Source: an uncultured Actinomycetes bacterium (lineage in GTDB: Bacteria > Actinomycetota > Thermoleophilia > UBA2241). From it: DNA of 64,000 nt. The position numbers and the translations under genes are program-made. This document shows positions 9,199 through 18,443 of the stretch, one piece after another. The notes beneath the pieces are model-generated. The model did not search any database. It was given only the letters and a program-made list of their open reading frames with translations, and was not told the DNA's origin. The stretch spans positions 352,001-416,000 of the forward strand of contig CAVRZA010000002.1 of NCBI GenBank assembly GCA_963725665.1, given 5' to 3'. Numbering within the stretch: position 1 is the stretch's first letter; the number at the start of each line of letters is the position of its first letter.

Positions 9199-10677
9199 TC
9201 AGGAGATGGCGACGCCCGCCTTCTTCTCGACATCCCTCACGATGGCGCGGATCTCGTCCTGCACGTCGCTCGGGAGCGGCTCGACCTCGTAGGACTCGAT
9301 GACCTCCTTGGCCTTCTCGTTGCAGCGCTGGTAGTAGTCCTTGCTGCCGTCCATCTCCCACTCCTCGCGCACGCGCCGGTCGATGAGCCCTGCTCTCGAC
9401 TGGTGGGCGCGCATGTTGTCGCGCGTGCTCTTGCGGGAGAGGAAGTCCTTCTCGGAGCCCACGGCCACGATCTCGTCGACCATGAGCGTGGCATCGTTGG
9501 TGGGGATGCCGCGAAGGATGTACTTGCACATGCGCGCGGTCTCGTTGTCCATGACGAGCACCGCGTAGTCGATGGTGACGCCCGACTCGATCATCCCTGC
9601 ACCGTAGATCTGGTTGGCTCCTCCCAACGCAGGTACTAGTCCGGTGATGGTCTTCTCGTGTGCGGTCTGCGCATCACCTAGTTTGGAATCCGCCTACAAG
9701 CCGGCCACGTAGCTGGGCAGCAGGTAGTAGCGCGCCAGGGCCGGGACGGCGGCGCTGATGAGTGCCAGCTCCGGTGTGCCCACCGAGGCCGTGGCCCGCT
9801 GCAGGTCGAAGGCCGTCGTCGATGAGCCGTAGATCACCGGGCAGCCCTTCTCGGCCAGCTGGCAGAGAACGACGCCGCCCAAGACCTCGGCGTTGTGCGT
9901 GACCAGTGTGCCCGCCAGGGTGACCGGTGCCGAGCCGCCGGACATGGCCATCGAGAGCGGCATCGCTGGCATGTGAGCGCGCGCGGCCGAGATCATGCAG
10001 CCGGTGAACTCGCCCATCAGCTTCAAGGGGCTGACCGGGCAGCTCAGGAACTCGAGCATGGGACGCTCGGCCAGCTTGTCGCGGCCGCCGACGACGGCCG
10101 CCGCGGCGTCGATCGTTAACTCGGCGCCGTGATGGTTGAGCGCCAGGCTACAGATCGGCTTGGTGGTGTTGAGCAACGTGGCCTCGATGAGGTGCGCCTC
10201 GGCGACCTCCGGAGCGACGTCGTTGGCCGTCACGGCGACGGTGTAGACCTCGATGTCGTCGAGGGCGTCGACCAGCTTGGCGAGGTCACCGACGTCTTTC
10301 TTGGTCGTCTGGCGCAGCTCGCCTGTGTAGGGGTCGACCGCCTTGACGCCCTCGGCGAAGTTGGTGTAGCTGACGCGCTTGCCCTCGAGGACGACGTCCT
10401 TGTCGGGGGTGCGCCCGCAGAGGACGACCTTGGAGGGCGCCCAGGAAACGGTCTCCTCCAGGACGTGCTGCGGGATCCTGACCTTGCGCTCGGCCCGGTC
10501 CACCTTGCAGCCGCCGTCGGCGAAGAGGTCGAGAGCCTCGTCGTCCTCGACCCAGAGGCCCGTCTTCTCGAGCACTTCGACGGTCGCCCAGTGGATGTCG
10601 TCGAGCTCATCTTGGGTGAAGATCTCGACGCCGAGGCCTCCGTTGCGGAGACCGCCGGCATGCTGGGGTCGGATCAT
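9199..10677 (-). CDS. mttB: Pyrrolysine-containing trimethylamine:corrinoid methyltransferase (in-frame TAG at 9694-9696)
   Basis: ORFs 9694..10677 and 9199..9627 share a frame separated only by TAG. Read-through gives [44 protein letters not shown], the Pyl-site context of MttB; 492 aa in total. Confidence 0.93.
9620..9693 (-). promoter_or_regulatory. Candidate PYLIS-like stem-loop immediately 3' of the amber codon
   Basis: mRNA pairings UUCCAA/UUGGGA, ACUAG/CUAGU, GUGAUG/CAUCAC and inner UGCG/CGCA; 12 of 25 codons end in A/T versus 1 of 25 before the TAG. Confidence 0.55.
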
Positions 10678-11200
10678 ACTGCCTCCTCCTTCGCTTGACG
10701 TTGCGTCTGTGCCACGAGACGGGGCGTCTCTTTGCTCCTGCTCCCGTTCGAGGCACCATTCGGCGGCGCCGAATGAGTCGACCTGTGCATGAACCTCAGC
10801 GCGGCGCGGGTGAGTGCGCTTCCTAGGCGGAGAGGTCGGGGATCCGAAGGGCGGCGCGCGCCACCGAGACCGTGGCCACGGCGTCGCGCCGTCACAAGTG
10901 GGGGAATGGGCGGGCGCGATGCGAGGCGGCCGCGTCGGCGGCCAGGCCTACGGCGGCGGGTGGCCGGCGCCAGCGGCCAGGCCCACGGCGGTGAGGTGGG
11001 CGCTCTGGGCGGGGCAGCGGCCGAGTGTCGGGCTCTGAGGCTCGGACAGCCGCCGGCGCTCGCTCCGCATGCTACGAGAGTCCGCAGACAGGCTGCCTCG
11101 TCCGACCTGGCACCCCGAACGCATGGCTCCCCCCTAATCGTGAGCCAGATTGCCACACCGCTCGACCCCTGCCGCAGGGCAACGGTGGAATCCAACACGA

Positions 11201-11247
11201 ACAGTATAGAACAGCGCTGCGCGTGACAATCGTTTGTGCAGGATGTC
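11201..11247 (-). promoter_or_regulatory. Promoter of the mttB operon (TTGTCA-17-TACTGT) with overlapping GACA-N15-TGTC operator-like motif
   Basis: Near-identical in sequence and geometry to 63211-63257. Confidence 0.65.
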
Positions 11248-11288
11248 GTCGAGGTGTGCCCCTTCACTCACAACGGGAGCATGGAGAA

Positions 11289-11330
11289 GCGCGGCGGGCG
11301 GCGCCCTCGAAGGGGCGCCGCCCGCCGCGC
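11289..11330 (-). terminator. GC-rich hairpin after the por/bfu operon
   Basis: GCGCGGCGGGCGGCGCCC / GGGCGCCGCCCGCCGCGC 18-bp stem 30 nt past the stop codon. Confidence 0.55.
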
Positions 11331-11359
11331 GCGTTCGGCTGGTAGCCGGTCTAGTCTAG

Positions 11360-14300
11360 TCAGTCGCAGGTCATCGCCGCGTGCCCGGCGCGCCACTCGG
11401 CGTCGCTGGGCTCGCCGCACTTCTCGAGCAGCTCGTCCCACTCCCTGTCGACCCACTCCTCGAGCGCGCTCAGCACGCCCTCGTTGCCGGCCTTGAAGAG
11501 GTGCCCGAAGCGTCCCTGCTTCTTGAGCCATGGCGTCACCGGCTCCTTCTCGTGTGGCCGGTAGCTCAGGTGGTAGACGCCGTTCTCGACCTCGAACAGC
11601 GGCCAGTAGCAGGTGTTGACGGCCTCGCGAGCGAGCTCGATCGACGAGGCCCCCTCGCTGCGCCAGCCGCGGGGGCAGGGCGAGATGATGTTGAGGAAGG
11701 CCGGGCCGGGGGTGGCGAGGGCCTTGGCCGCCTTGCGCACCAGGTCGCGCGGGTCGTGCGGCGAGGCCTGGGCGACGTAGGGGATGCCGTGGGCGATCAT
11801 GATTCCGGTCAGGTCCTTGCGCTGCTGCATCTTGCCCGTCTGCTCAGCCCCGACGGGGCTCGTCGTCGTCCAGGCGCCGAGCGGCGTGGCGCCGGAGCGT
11901 TGGAAGCCGGTGTTCATGTAGGCGCCGTTGTCGTAGCAGACGTAGACGAGGTCGTGGCCACGCTCCATCGCCCCGGAGAGGGACTGCAGCCCGATGTCGT
12001 AAGTGCCGCCGTCGCCGCCGAAGGCGATGAACTTGACGTTCTCCGCGATCTTGCCCTGCTTCTTCAGGGAGCGGTAGGCGGTCTCGACGCCCGACAGCGT
12101 GGCGGCCACGTTCTCGAACGCGGTGTGGATGTAGCTGTTCGTCCATGAGGTGTAGGGGTAGATCGTCGTCGACACCTCGAGGCAGCCGGTGGCCGCCGCG
12201 GTCACGACCGGCTCGCTCGTGCCCATCAGCACCTGACGGGCCACGATCGGCGCGCCGCAGCCGGCGCACAGCCGGTGGCCGCCGGCCAGCTTCGAGCCCT
12301 GGGCGACCAGCGTGTGCCACTGCTCGCGGCCTTGCTCGAAGACGTTCGTCTCCTTGAGCGCGTCGACAGGGCAGACGTCGACGCACTGGTGGCAGAAGGT
12401 GCAGCGCGCCTCGTCGACCGCGTACGACTGCAGGACGCGGTGGTTGAAGCTGAGTGCCCCCGTCGGACAGGCCGTGACGCAGCGGCCGCAGGTGATGCAG
12501 TCGGCCAGTTGCAGCGACTCGCCGTAGGGCGTGTCGACCTTGATGCGGAAGCCGCGGCCGCTGAAGTCGTAGCAGGCCGGGCCGGCCACGTCGGCGCACA
12601 CGCGCACGCAGCGCCCGCAGGCGATGCACTTGTTCATGTCGCGCTCGATGAACGGGTGTCGCGCGTCGGACTCCTCGCGGCGCACGAGGCCGGGCGCCAA
12701 GGTCTTGGTCGCGGCGATCACGAGCTCGTTGTCGGTGATGTCGTACTCGATGCCCAGCCGCTGCAGATCGCAGCTGCCGTTGGCGTCGCAGACGCACTGC
12801 AGGCAGCGCGCCGCCTCGGCGCGCGCGGCCGCCGGAGTGAGTCCCCGCTCGACCTCGGTGAACGAATCGAGGCGCTTGGCCGCCGTCAGCTTGCTCTGCC
12901 GGGCGCGCGGCGCGGTGTCGGCGCCGATGCCCATCCTCAGCCAGACCGGGGCGTGCTCGGCCAGTCGCTGGCCGAGCTCACCGAGCTGGGCGGCGTCGCG
13001 TACCTGCTCGAGGTAGGGAAGGGCGGCGTAGAGCGCCAGCTTGCCCTCGAGCTCTTCGAGGTCGCTGCCCGAGAGCCAAGCGTCCATCGCCAGCGCCGCT
13101 CGCTTGCCGGCGGCGACGCCGTGGATGGCCGCCTTGGCGCCCGTCACGGCGTCGCCGCCGGCGAAGACGCCCTCTTGCGAGGTGCGCCCCGTGAAGGGGT
13201 TCGCCTCGAGCGTGCTCCACGATGACAGCGAGAGCTCGCCCTCGATCGTCTCGGCGTCGGGCGTGTAGCCCTGGGCCCAGAGCACGGTGCGCGCCGGCAC
13301 GTCGCGCGCCGCGGCCTTGGTGCGCTTCACGCCGTCGGCGTCGAGCTCGACGACCTGGACCGCGGCCGGCTTGCCGCCGCGGTCGAGCTTGATGCGCCGC
13401 GGCTCGACGGCGAACTCGAAGCGCACACCCTCGTCGCGGGCGGCGGCGACGTCGGCCGCGCCGGCCTCGACGCGGCGTTCCTCGTGCCGGCAGAGGACCG
13501 TCACCTCAGCGACGCCGAGACGGCGCGCGGAGCGGGCGGCGTCGAGCGCGGCGGAGCCGTCGCCGACGACGCAGACCGCGCCGCCGAGGCGCGGCTTCTT
13601 GCCGGCGCGGACCTCGGCGAGGAAGCCGAGGGCGTCGCGGGCCAACTTGCCGCCGGGGATCGTGACGGCCTGGCTCTTCCAGGCGCCGACGCCGACGAAG
13701 GCGGCGTCGTAGCCGCCGGAGAGCAGGCCGGCGAGCGAGATGTCGTCGCCGAGCCGTACGTCGCCGACGAAACGCGCGCCGGCCTTCCACAGGGGAGCCA
13801 GCTCGTTCTCGACGACCCCGGTCGGCAGACGGAACTCGGGGATGCCGTAGCGCAGCATGCCGCCCGGTTCGTCCTTGTCGTCGTAGACGGTCACGGCGTG
13901 GCCGGCCTGAAGCAGGTAGTAGGCGGCCGTCAGGCCGGCCACGCCGGCGCCGATGACGGCGACCCGCTTGCCGGTCGAGGGTGCGCACTCGATGTCGTCG
14001 GGGGCGCGGTCGCCGGCAGCCCGGTGCAAGGCGCAGATGGCGATGGGCTCTTCGACCTCACCGCGTCGGCAGACCGGTTCGCACGGCCGCGTGCAGATGC
14101 GCCCGAGGATGCCGGGGAAGGGCAGGTCGCGGCGCACGATGGCGGCCGCGGCGCCAAAGTCGCCCTCCTCGACCTTCGCGATGAAGGCGGGGATGTCGAT
14201 GTGTGCGGGGCAGCTCACCGAGCAGGGGGCCTCGCAGTAGGAGTTGTGGTCCGAGAGGTACATGCGCAGGTAGTTCGCCCGCCGCTCGCGTACGCGCTCT

Positions 14301-14551
14301 GTGTCGGTGTGCACGACGAGGTCGTCCTGCACCCAGGTCGTGCAGGCGGCCTGCAACTTGCCCCAGCCCTCGACCTCGATCAGGCAGAGGCGGCAGGCCG
14401 CCCAGGGCGCCATGCCTTCCTCGGCGCAGAGGGCCGGGATGTCGATACCGGCGCGCTGTGCCACCGCGAGCACGCTCTCGCCCGGCTGCGCCGATACTCG
14501 CCGCCCGTCGATGGTCAGCTTCACGGTTGCGGCCTTGGTATGGGTGCTCAT
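11360..14551 (-). CDS. Fusion: HydA/NuoG-like N-terminal Fe-S region + GltD/NfnB-like flavin module + ferredoxin motifs + pyruvate:ferredoxin oxidoreductase beta (TPP) subunit
   Basis: [2Fe-2S] ALC..ACRLC..AAC; APCSVSCPAH, GRICTRPCEPVC, VIGAGVAG, FAGGDAVTG (GltD-like); three CxxCxxCxxxC motifs; GHRLCAGCG, TGCLEVSTT, GGDGGTYDIGLQSLSG, YDNGAYMNTG (PorB). Confidence 0.9.
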   Translation of the reverse strand: MSTHTKAATVKLTIDGRRVSAQPGESVLAVAQRAGIDIPALCAEEGMAPWAACRLCLIEVEGWGKLQAACTTWVQDDLVVHTDTERVRERRANYLRMYLSDHNSYCEAPCSVSCPAHIDIPAFIAKVEEGDFGAAAAIVRRDLPFPGILGRICTRPCEPVCRRGEVEEPIAICALHRAAGDRAPDDIECAPSTGKRVAVIGAGVAGLTAAYYLLQAGHAVTVYDDKDEPGGMLRYGIPEFRLPTGVVENELAPLWKAGARFVGDVRLGDDISLAGLLSGGYDAAFVGVGAWKSQAVTIPGGKLARDALGFLAEVRAGKKPRLGGAVCVVGDGSAALDAARSARRLGVAEVTVLCRHEERRVEAGAADVAAARDEGVRFEFAVEPRRIKLDRGGKPAAVQVVELDADGVKRTKAAARDVPARTVLWAQGYTPDAETIEGELSLSSWSTLEANPFTGRTSQEGVFAGGDAVTGAKAAIHGVAAGKRAALAMDAWLSGSDLEELEGKLALYAALPYLEQVRDAAQLGELGQRLAEHAPVWLRMGIGADTAPRARQSKLTAAKRLDSFTEVERGLTPAAARAEAARCLQCVCDANGSCDLQRLGIEYDITDNELVIAATKTLAPGLVRREESDARHPFIERDMNKCIACGRCVRVCADVAGPACYDFSGRGFRIKVDTPYGESLQLADCITCGRCVTACPTGALSFNHRVLQSYAVDEARCTFCHQCVDVCPVDALKETNVFEQGREQWHTLVAQGSKLAGGHRLCAGCGAPIVARQVLMGTSEPVVTAAATGCLEVSTTIYPYTSWTNSYIHTAFENVAATLSGVETAYRSLKKQGKIAENVKFIAFGGDGGTYDIGLQSLSGAMERGHDLVYVCYDNGAYMNTGFQRSGATPLGAWTTTSPVGAEQTGKMQQRKDLTGIMIAHGIPYVAQASPHDPRDLVRKAAKALATPGPAFLNIISPCPRGWRSEGASSIELAREAVNTCYWPLFEVENGVYHLSYRPHEKEPVTPWLKKQGRFGHLFKAGNEGVLSALEEWVDREWDELLEKCGEPSDAEWRAGHAAMTCD

Positions 14552-16482
14552 CAGTTCCTCCCTCCGGCCACGGCGGTCAAGACGCCCGGTGACTCGACGT
14601 CGATGGCATCGAAGTTGCAGACCTGACGGCAGGTATCGCACTTGATGCAGAGCCTCTGGCTGATCTTCTGGACCTCTTTGCGCTCGCCGCTGACGGCCTT
14701 GGTGGGGCAGGCGACGTTGCACGCGAAGCAGCCGGTGCACTTCTCCTTGTTGACGGTGTAGCGGATGAGCGGCCGGCAGACCTTCGCCGGACAGCGCTTG
14801 TCGAGCACGTGGGCCACGTACTCGTCGCGGAAGTAGCGGATGGTCGTGAGGACGGGGTTGGGGGCGCTGCCGCCGAGCTGGCAGAGCGAGCCTTCGATGA
14901 CGTCGTCGGAGAGACGCTCGAGCAGATCGATGTCGTCGAGCGTGCCTTCTCCGGCAGTGATGCGCTCGAGGATCTCGAGCATGCGCTGCGTGCCCACGCG
15001 GCACGGTACGCACTTGCCGCAGGACTCCTCCGCCGTGAACTTGAGGAAGAACTTGGCGAAGTCGACCATGCAGGTGGAGTCATCGACCACCACCATGCCG
15101 CCGGAGCCCATCATCGAGCCCAGCGCGACGAGACTCTCGAAGTCGATCGGCGAGTCGAGGTACTCGGCCGGCACGCAGCCGCCCGAGGGACCGCCGAGCT
15201 GCACGGCCTTGAACTCGCGTCCGGGCTGCATGCCGCCGCCGATGTCGAAGATCACGTGACGCAGCGTGGCGCCCATGGGCACCTCGACGAGGCCGCTGTT
15301 GCGCACCTTGCCGGTCAGGGAGAAGATCTTCGTCCCCTTGGACGTCGCCGTCCCCATGCTCGCCAGCGCGTCGGCACCGTGGGCGATGATCCAGGGCACG
15401 GTAGCGTAGCTCTCGACGTTGTTGAGGTTCGTCGGCTGGCCGTAGAGGCCGTGGGCCACGGTGCGGATGTGCTTGCCGCGCGGCATGCCGCGACGGCCCT
15501 CGATGGAGGCCGTCAGGGCCGTCGACTCGCCGCAGACGAAGGCGCCGGCGCCCTGGTTGATGCGGATGTCGAAGTCGAACCCCGAACCGAGGATGTCCTC
15601 GCCCAGCAGGCCGCGCTCGCGCGCGGTCGCCAGCGCGAGACGGAGGCGTTGCACGGCGAGCGGGTACTCGTGGCGCACGTAGACGAAACCCTCGACGGGC
15701 ACGGTCCCCGATGCGATGGCGAAGGCGGCGATGATCATGCCCTCGATCACCGAGTGGGGGTTGTCCTCGAGGATGGCGCGGTCCATGAAGGCGCCCGGGT
15801 CGCCCTCGTCGCCGTTGCAGATGACGTACTTGCGCTCGCCGGGGTTAGCACGGCAGAAGCGCCACTTCTTGCCGGTCGGGAAGCCGGCGCCACCGCGACC
15901 CCGCAGGCCGCTCTTCTCGACTTCGTCGATGACGGCTTCGGGGTCGCCGCCGGCGAGCACCTTCGCCAGCGAGCTGTAACCGTTGCGAGCGAGGTAGTCG
16001 TCGATGGAGGTGGGGTCGATGAAACCGTTCGCCTCGCGCGCGACGCGCACCTGCGAGGCGTAGAAGGGGACGTCCTTCTCCTCGACGATCGTCTCGTCAG
16101 TCTCGGGGTGCCGGTACAGCAGGCGCTCGACGACCTCGTCGCCGACGACGCTCGTCTCGATGATGGAGGCGACGTCGCGTGCCTTGAGGCGCGGGTAGAA
16201 CACGCCCCGCGGATGGACGACGACGATGGGGCCTTCCTGGCAGAGACCGTGACAGCCGGTCTCGACCACCGCGACGCGGTCGCTGAGGCCACGCCGGGCA
16301 AGCTCCTCGTCGATGGCGGCGCGCAGGGCGGCGCGGCCTGAGGCATTGCAGGTCGTGCCGGCGCAGACGCGGATCTTGACCTCGTCTTCGCCCGGAGTCG
16401 CGTTCTCGGGATGGAACGCCCGCTTCAGGGCTCTTTCGATGGCCGTGGCCCGCCGGGCCGTTGATCGTGCCGTCGCAGCCAC
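14551..16482 (-). CDS. HydB/BfuB (NuoF-like) FMN/NADH-binding bifurcating subunit
   Basis: N-terminal thioredoxin-like [2Fe-2S] (CAGTTC, GCHGLC), SGLRGRGGAGFPTG, NGDEGDPGAFMDR, ESCGKCVPCR, H..DKRCPAKVC and C-terminal 2x[4Fe-4S]. Confidence 0.93.
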   Translation of the reverse strand: MAATARSTARRATAIERALKRAFHPENATPGEDEVKIRVCAGTTCNASGRAALRAAIDEELARRGLSDRVAVVETGCHGLCQEGPIVVVHPRGVFYPRLKARDVASIIETSVVGDEVVERLLYRHPETDETIVEEKDVPFYASQVRVAREANGFIDPTSIDDYLARNGYSSLAKVLAGGDPEAVIDEVEKSGLRGRGGAGFPTGKKWRFCRANPGERKYVICNGDEGDPGAFMDRAILEDNPHSVIEGMIIAAFAIASGTVPVEGFVYVRHEYPLAVQRLRLALATARERGLLGEDILGSGFDFDIRINQGAGAFVCGESTALTASIEGRRGMPRGKHIRTVAHGLYGQPTNLNNVESYATVPWIIAHGADALASMGTATSKGTKIFSLTGKVRNSGLVEVPMGATLRHVIFDIGGGMQPGREFKAVQLGGPSGGCVPAEYLDSPIDFESLVALGSMMGSGGMVVVDDSTCMVDFAKFFLKFTAEESCGKCVPCRVGTQRMLEILERITAGEGTLDDIDLLERLSDDVIEGSLCQLGGSAPNPVLTTIRYFRDEYVAHVLDKRCPAKVCRPLIRYTVNKEKCTGCFACNVACPTKAVSGERKEVQKISQRLCIKCDTCRQVCNFDAIDVESPGVLTAVAGGRN

Positions 16483-16483
16483 G

Positions 16484-17236
16484 TCAGGCCTCCTTCTTGC
16501 GACGAAGCTTGCGGACTAGCCGTCGCGCCTCGTTCGGGGTCATGCGACCGAAGGTCTCGTCCTCGCCAAGGCGGACGGCCGGGGCGAGGGCGCAGGCGCC
16601 GACGCAGTTGACCGTCTGCAGCGTGAAGAGCTCGTCGGGGCTCGTAGCGCCGATGGCGATGTCGAGCTCCTGTGCGAATGCCTCGGCCACGAGGGGAGCG
16701 CCGGCCACGTGGCAGGCCGTCCCCATGCATACACTGATCACATGCTTGCCTACGGGCTCCAGCCGGAACTGGTTGTAGAACGTCGCCACGCCGTAGACCT
16801 TCGAGAAGGGCATGCGTATCTCGTCAGCGATCTCCTCGAGCGCCCTGCGCGGGAGCCAGCCGAAGGAGTCCTGCGTCGCATGCAGGGCCTCGATCAACCC
16901 TGACCCGTCGCGCAACCGTTGTGCGACGTCGTCGAACTTGGCCATGTCGATCTCGGGCTGTGCCTCGGCGCGCGCCGCCTTCTCAGCAGCGGTGTCCCAG
17001 GGGAGGTCGGGGTGCTCGGGGCAATAGTCGATCTCGATGCAGTCGACGGGGCAGACGCGCTCGCACAGCGTGCAGGCGTAGCAGCGGTAGCCGCCGCGGC
17101 CGTCGCGAACCAGGTCGAAGAGCCCCCGCCCGCGCGCCTTGCCGAGCAGTTCGCGCTTCTCGAAGTCGATGCCCTGCAGCACCTCGTAGAGGGTCGGTGC
17201 CGTCCGGAGCTTGCCGTTGCCGTTGCCCGCCATCAC
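16484..17236 (-). CDS. HydC/BfuC (NuoE-like) subunit with an extra N-terminal CxxCxxCxxxCP motif
   Basis: VATFYNQF, CMGTACHV, CVGACALAP; N-terminal RCYACTLCERVCP. Confidence 0.9.
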   Translation of the reverse strand: MMAGNGNGKLRTAPTLYEVLQGIDFEKRELLGKARGRGLFDLVRDGRGGYRCYACTLCERVCPVDCIEIDYCPEHPDLPWDTAAEKAARAEAQPEIDMAKFDDVAQRLRDGSGLIEALHATQDSFGWLPRRALEEIADEIRMPFSKVYGVATFYNQFRLEPVGKHVISVCMGTACHVAGAPLVAEAFAQELDIAIGATSPDELFTLQTVNCVGACALAPAVRLGEDETFGRMTPNEARRLVRKLRRKKEA

Positions 17237-18441
17237 TGCTCCTCGTCCTTGCGCAGGTTCAGGTAGCGCCGCTTCACCGGGATCTCCTCGCCGGCCGCTG
17301 CGCTCTGGAGCACGGCGTAGGCCTCCTCGATGTTGGCGGGGAAGATGTCACGCCCGCCGAGGCCGTAGATGAAGGGGTAGATCTCGGGTCTCGTGGCGCA
17401 GTCGTACAGCGCCGACCGGACCTCGAGGAAGATGGGGCCGCCCTGGGCGCCGAACGAGTCGGCGCGATCGAGGACCCCGACCACCTTCACGCCCTGCAGG
17501 GCGTCGACGTACTCCTGCACGGGGAAGGGCCGCAGGGTGCGCACTTTCAGCACGCCCGCCTTGACGCCGGCGTCGCGCAGCTGATCGACGACCGTGCGCG
17601 TCGTCCCGGCCGTTGAGCCCACGACCACGATCGCGATCTCGGCGTCGTCGAGCCTGTAGGTCGAGAAGTGGTGATAGCGACGGCCGGTCAGCGCGGCGTA
17701 CTCCTCGGCGACCTCGTCGATGACGCGCAAGGCGCGCTCCATGGCGCGGTTCTGCGAGACCTTGTGCTCGAAGAACCAGCCGTGCAGGCCATCGAACGGG
17801 CCCACCGTGACGGGGTGCTTCGTGTCAAGCATCGGGTTGACGGCCACGTAGGGGCCGATGAACTCCTGCACGGCCTCGTCGGAGAGCATATTGAGCGGAC
17901 CGATGGCGCCGCTCACGATGAAGCCGTCCATCATCGTCATGACCGGCAGCCGCACCTCCATGTGCTCGGCGATGCGCACGGCCATCAGGTGGTTGTCGTA
18001 GGCCTCCTGGTGGTCCTCGCCGTAGAGCTGGATCCAGCCCGTATCGCGGGCGCCCATGGAGTCGGAGTGGTCGCAGTGGATGTTGATCGGGCCCGAGAGG
18101 GCGCGATTGACGTTGGCCATGACGACGGGCAGGCGGTAGGACGACGCGAGGTGCAGGAGCTCCCACATGAGAGCGAGGCCCTGCGAGCTCGTCGCGGTCA
18201 TCGTGCGCGCGCCGCCCGCGGCGGAGCCGATGACCGCGCTCATCGCCGAGTGCTCGCTCTCGACCGTGATGAACTCCGTGTCGACCTTACCGTCGGCGAC
18301 GAACTGGGCGAAGATCTGCACGATCTCAGTCGCCGGGGTGATGGGATAGGCGGCCACGACGTCGGGGTCGATCTGGCGCATGGCGTTGGCCACGGCCTCA
18401 TTGCCGGTGACCGCGATGGTGTTCACGTCGAGGGTCGCCAC
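17233..18441 (-). CDS. porA: Pyruvate:ferredoxin oxidoreductase alpha subunit
   Basis: TGNEAVA, AAYPITPAT, VESEHSAMS, TATSSQGLALM, PINIHCDHSD, YGLGGRD; GTG start after AAGGAG. Confidence 0.93.
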   Translation of the reverse strand: MATLDVNTIAVTGNEAVANAMRQIDPDVVAAYPITPATEIVQIFAQFVADGKVDTEFITVESEHSAMSAVIGSAAGGARTMTATSSQGLALMWELLHLASSYRLPVVMANVNRALSGPINIHCDHSDSMGARDTGWIQLYGEDHQEAYDNHLMAVRIAEHMEVRLPVMTMMDGFIVSGAIGPLNMLSDEAVQEFIGPYVAVNPMLDTKHPVTVGPFDGLHGWFFEHKVSQNRAMERALRVIDEVAEEYAALTGRRYHHFSTYRLDDAEIAIVVVGSTAGTTRTVVDQLRDAGVKAGVLKVRTLRPFPVQEYVDALQGVKVVGVLDRADSFGAQGGPIFLEVRSALYDCATRPEIYPFIYGLGGRDIFPANIEEAYAVLQSAAAGEEIPVKRRYLNLRKDEEQ

Positions 18442-18443
18442 GG

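Noticed and set aside
9694-9696. mttB as a nonsense-mutated pseudogene
   Set aside because: The stop is TAG, falls exactly at the Pyl site, and both flanks are intact and in frame
10678-11195. Cobalamin or other known riboswitch in the mttB leader
   Set aside because: I found no B12-box or other recognisable aptamer core on the - strand
11360-17236. [FeFe]-hydrogenase, formate dehydrogenase or respiratory complex I
   Set aside because: No H-cluster motifs, no molybdopterin domain and no membrane Nuo subunits; the catalytic end is PorB
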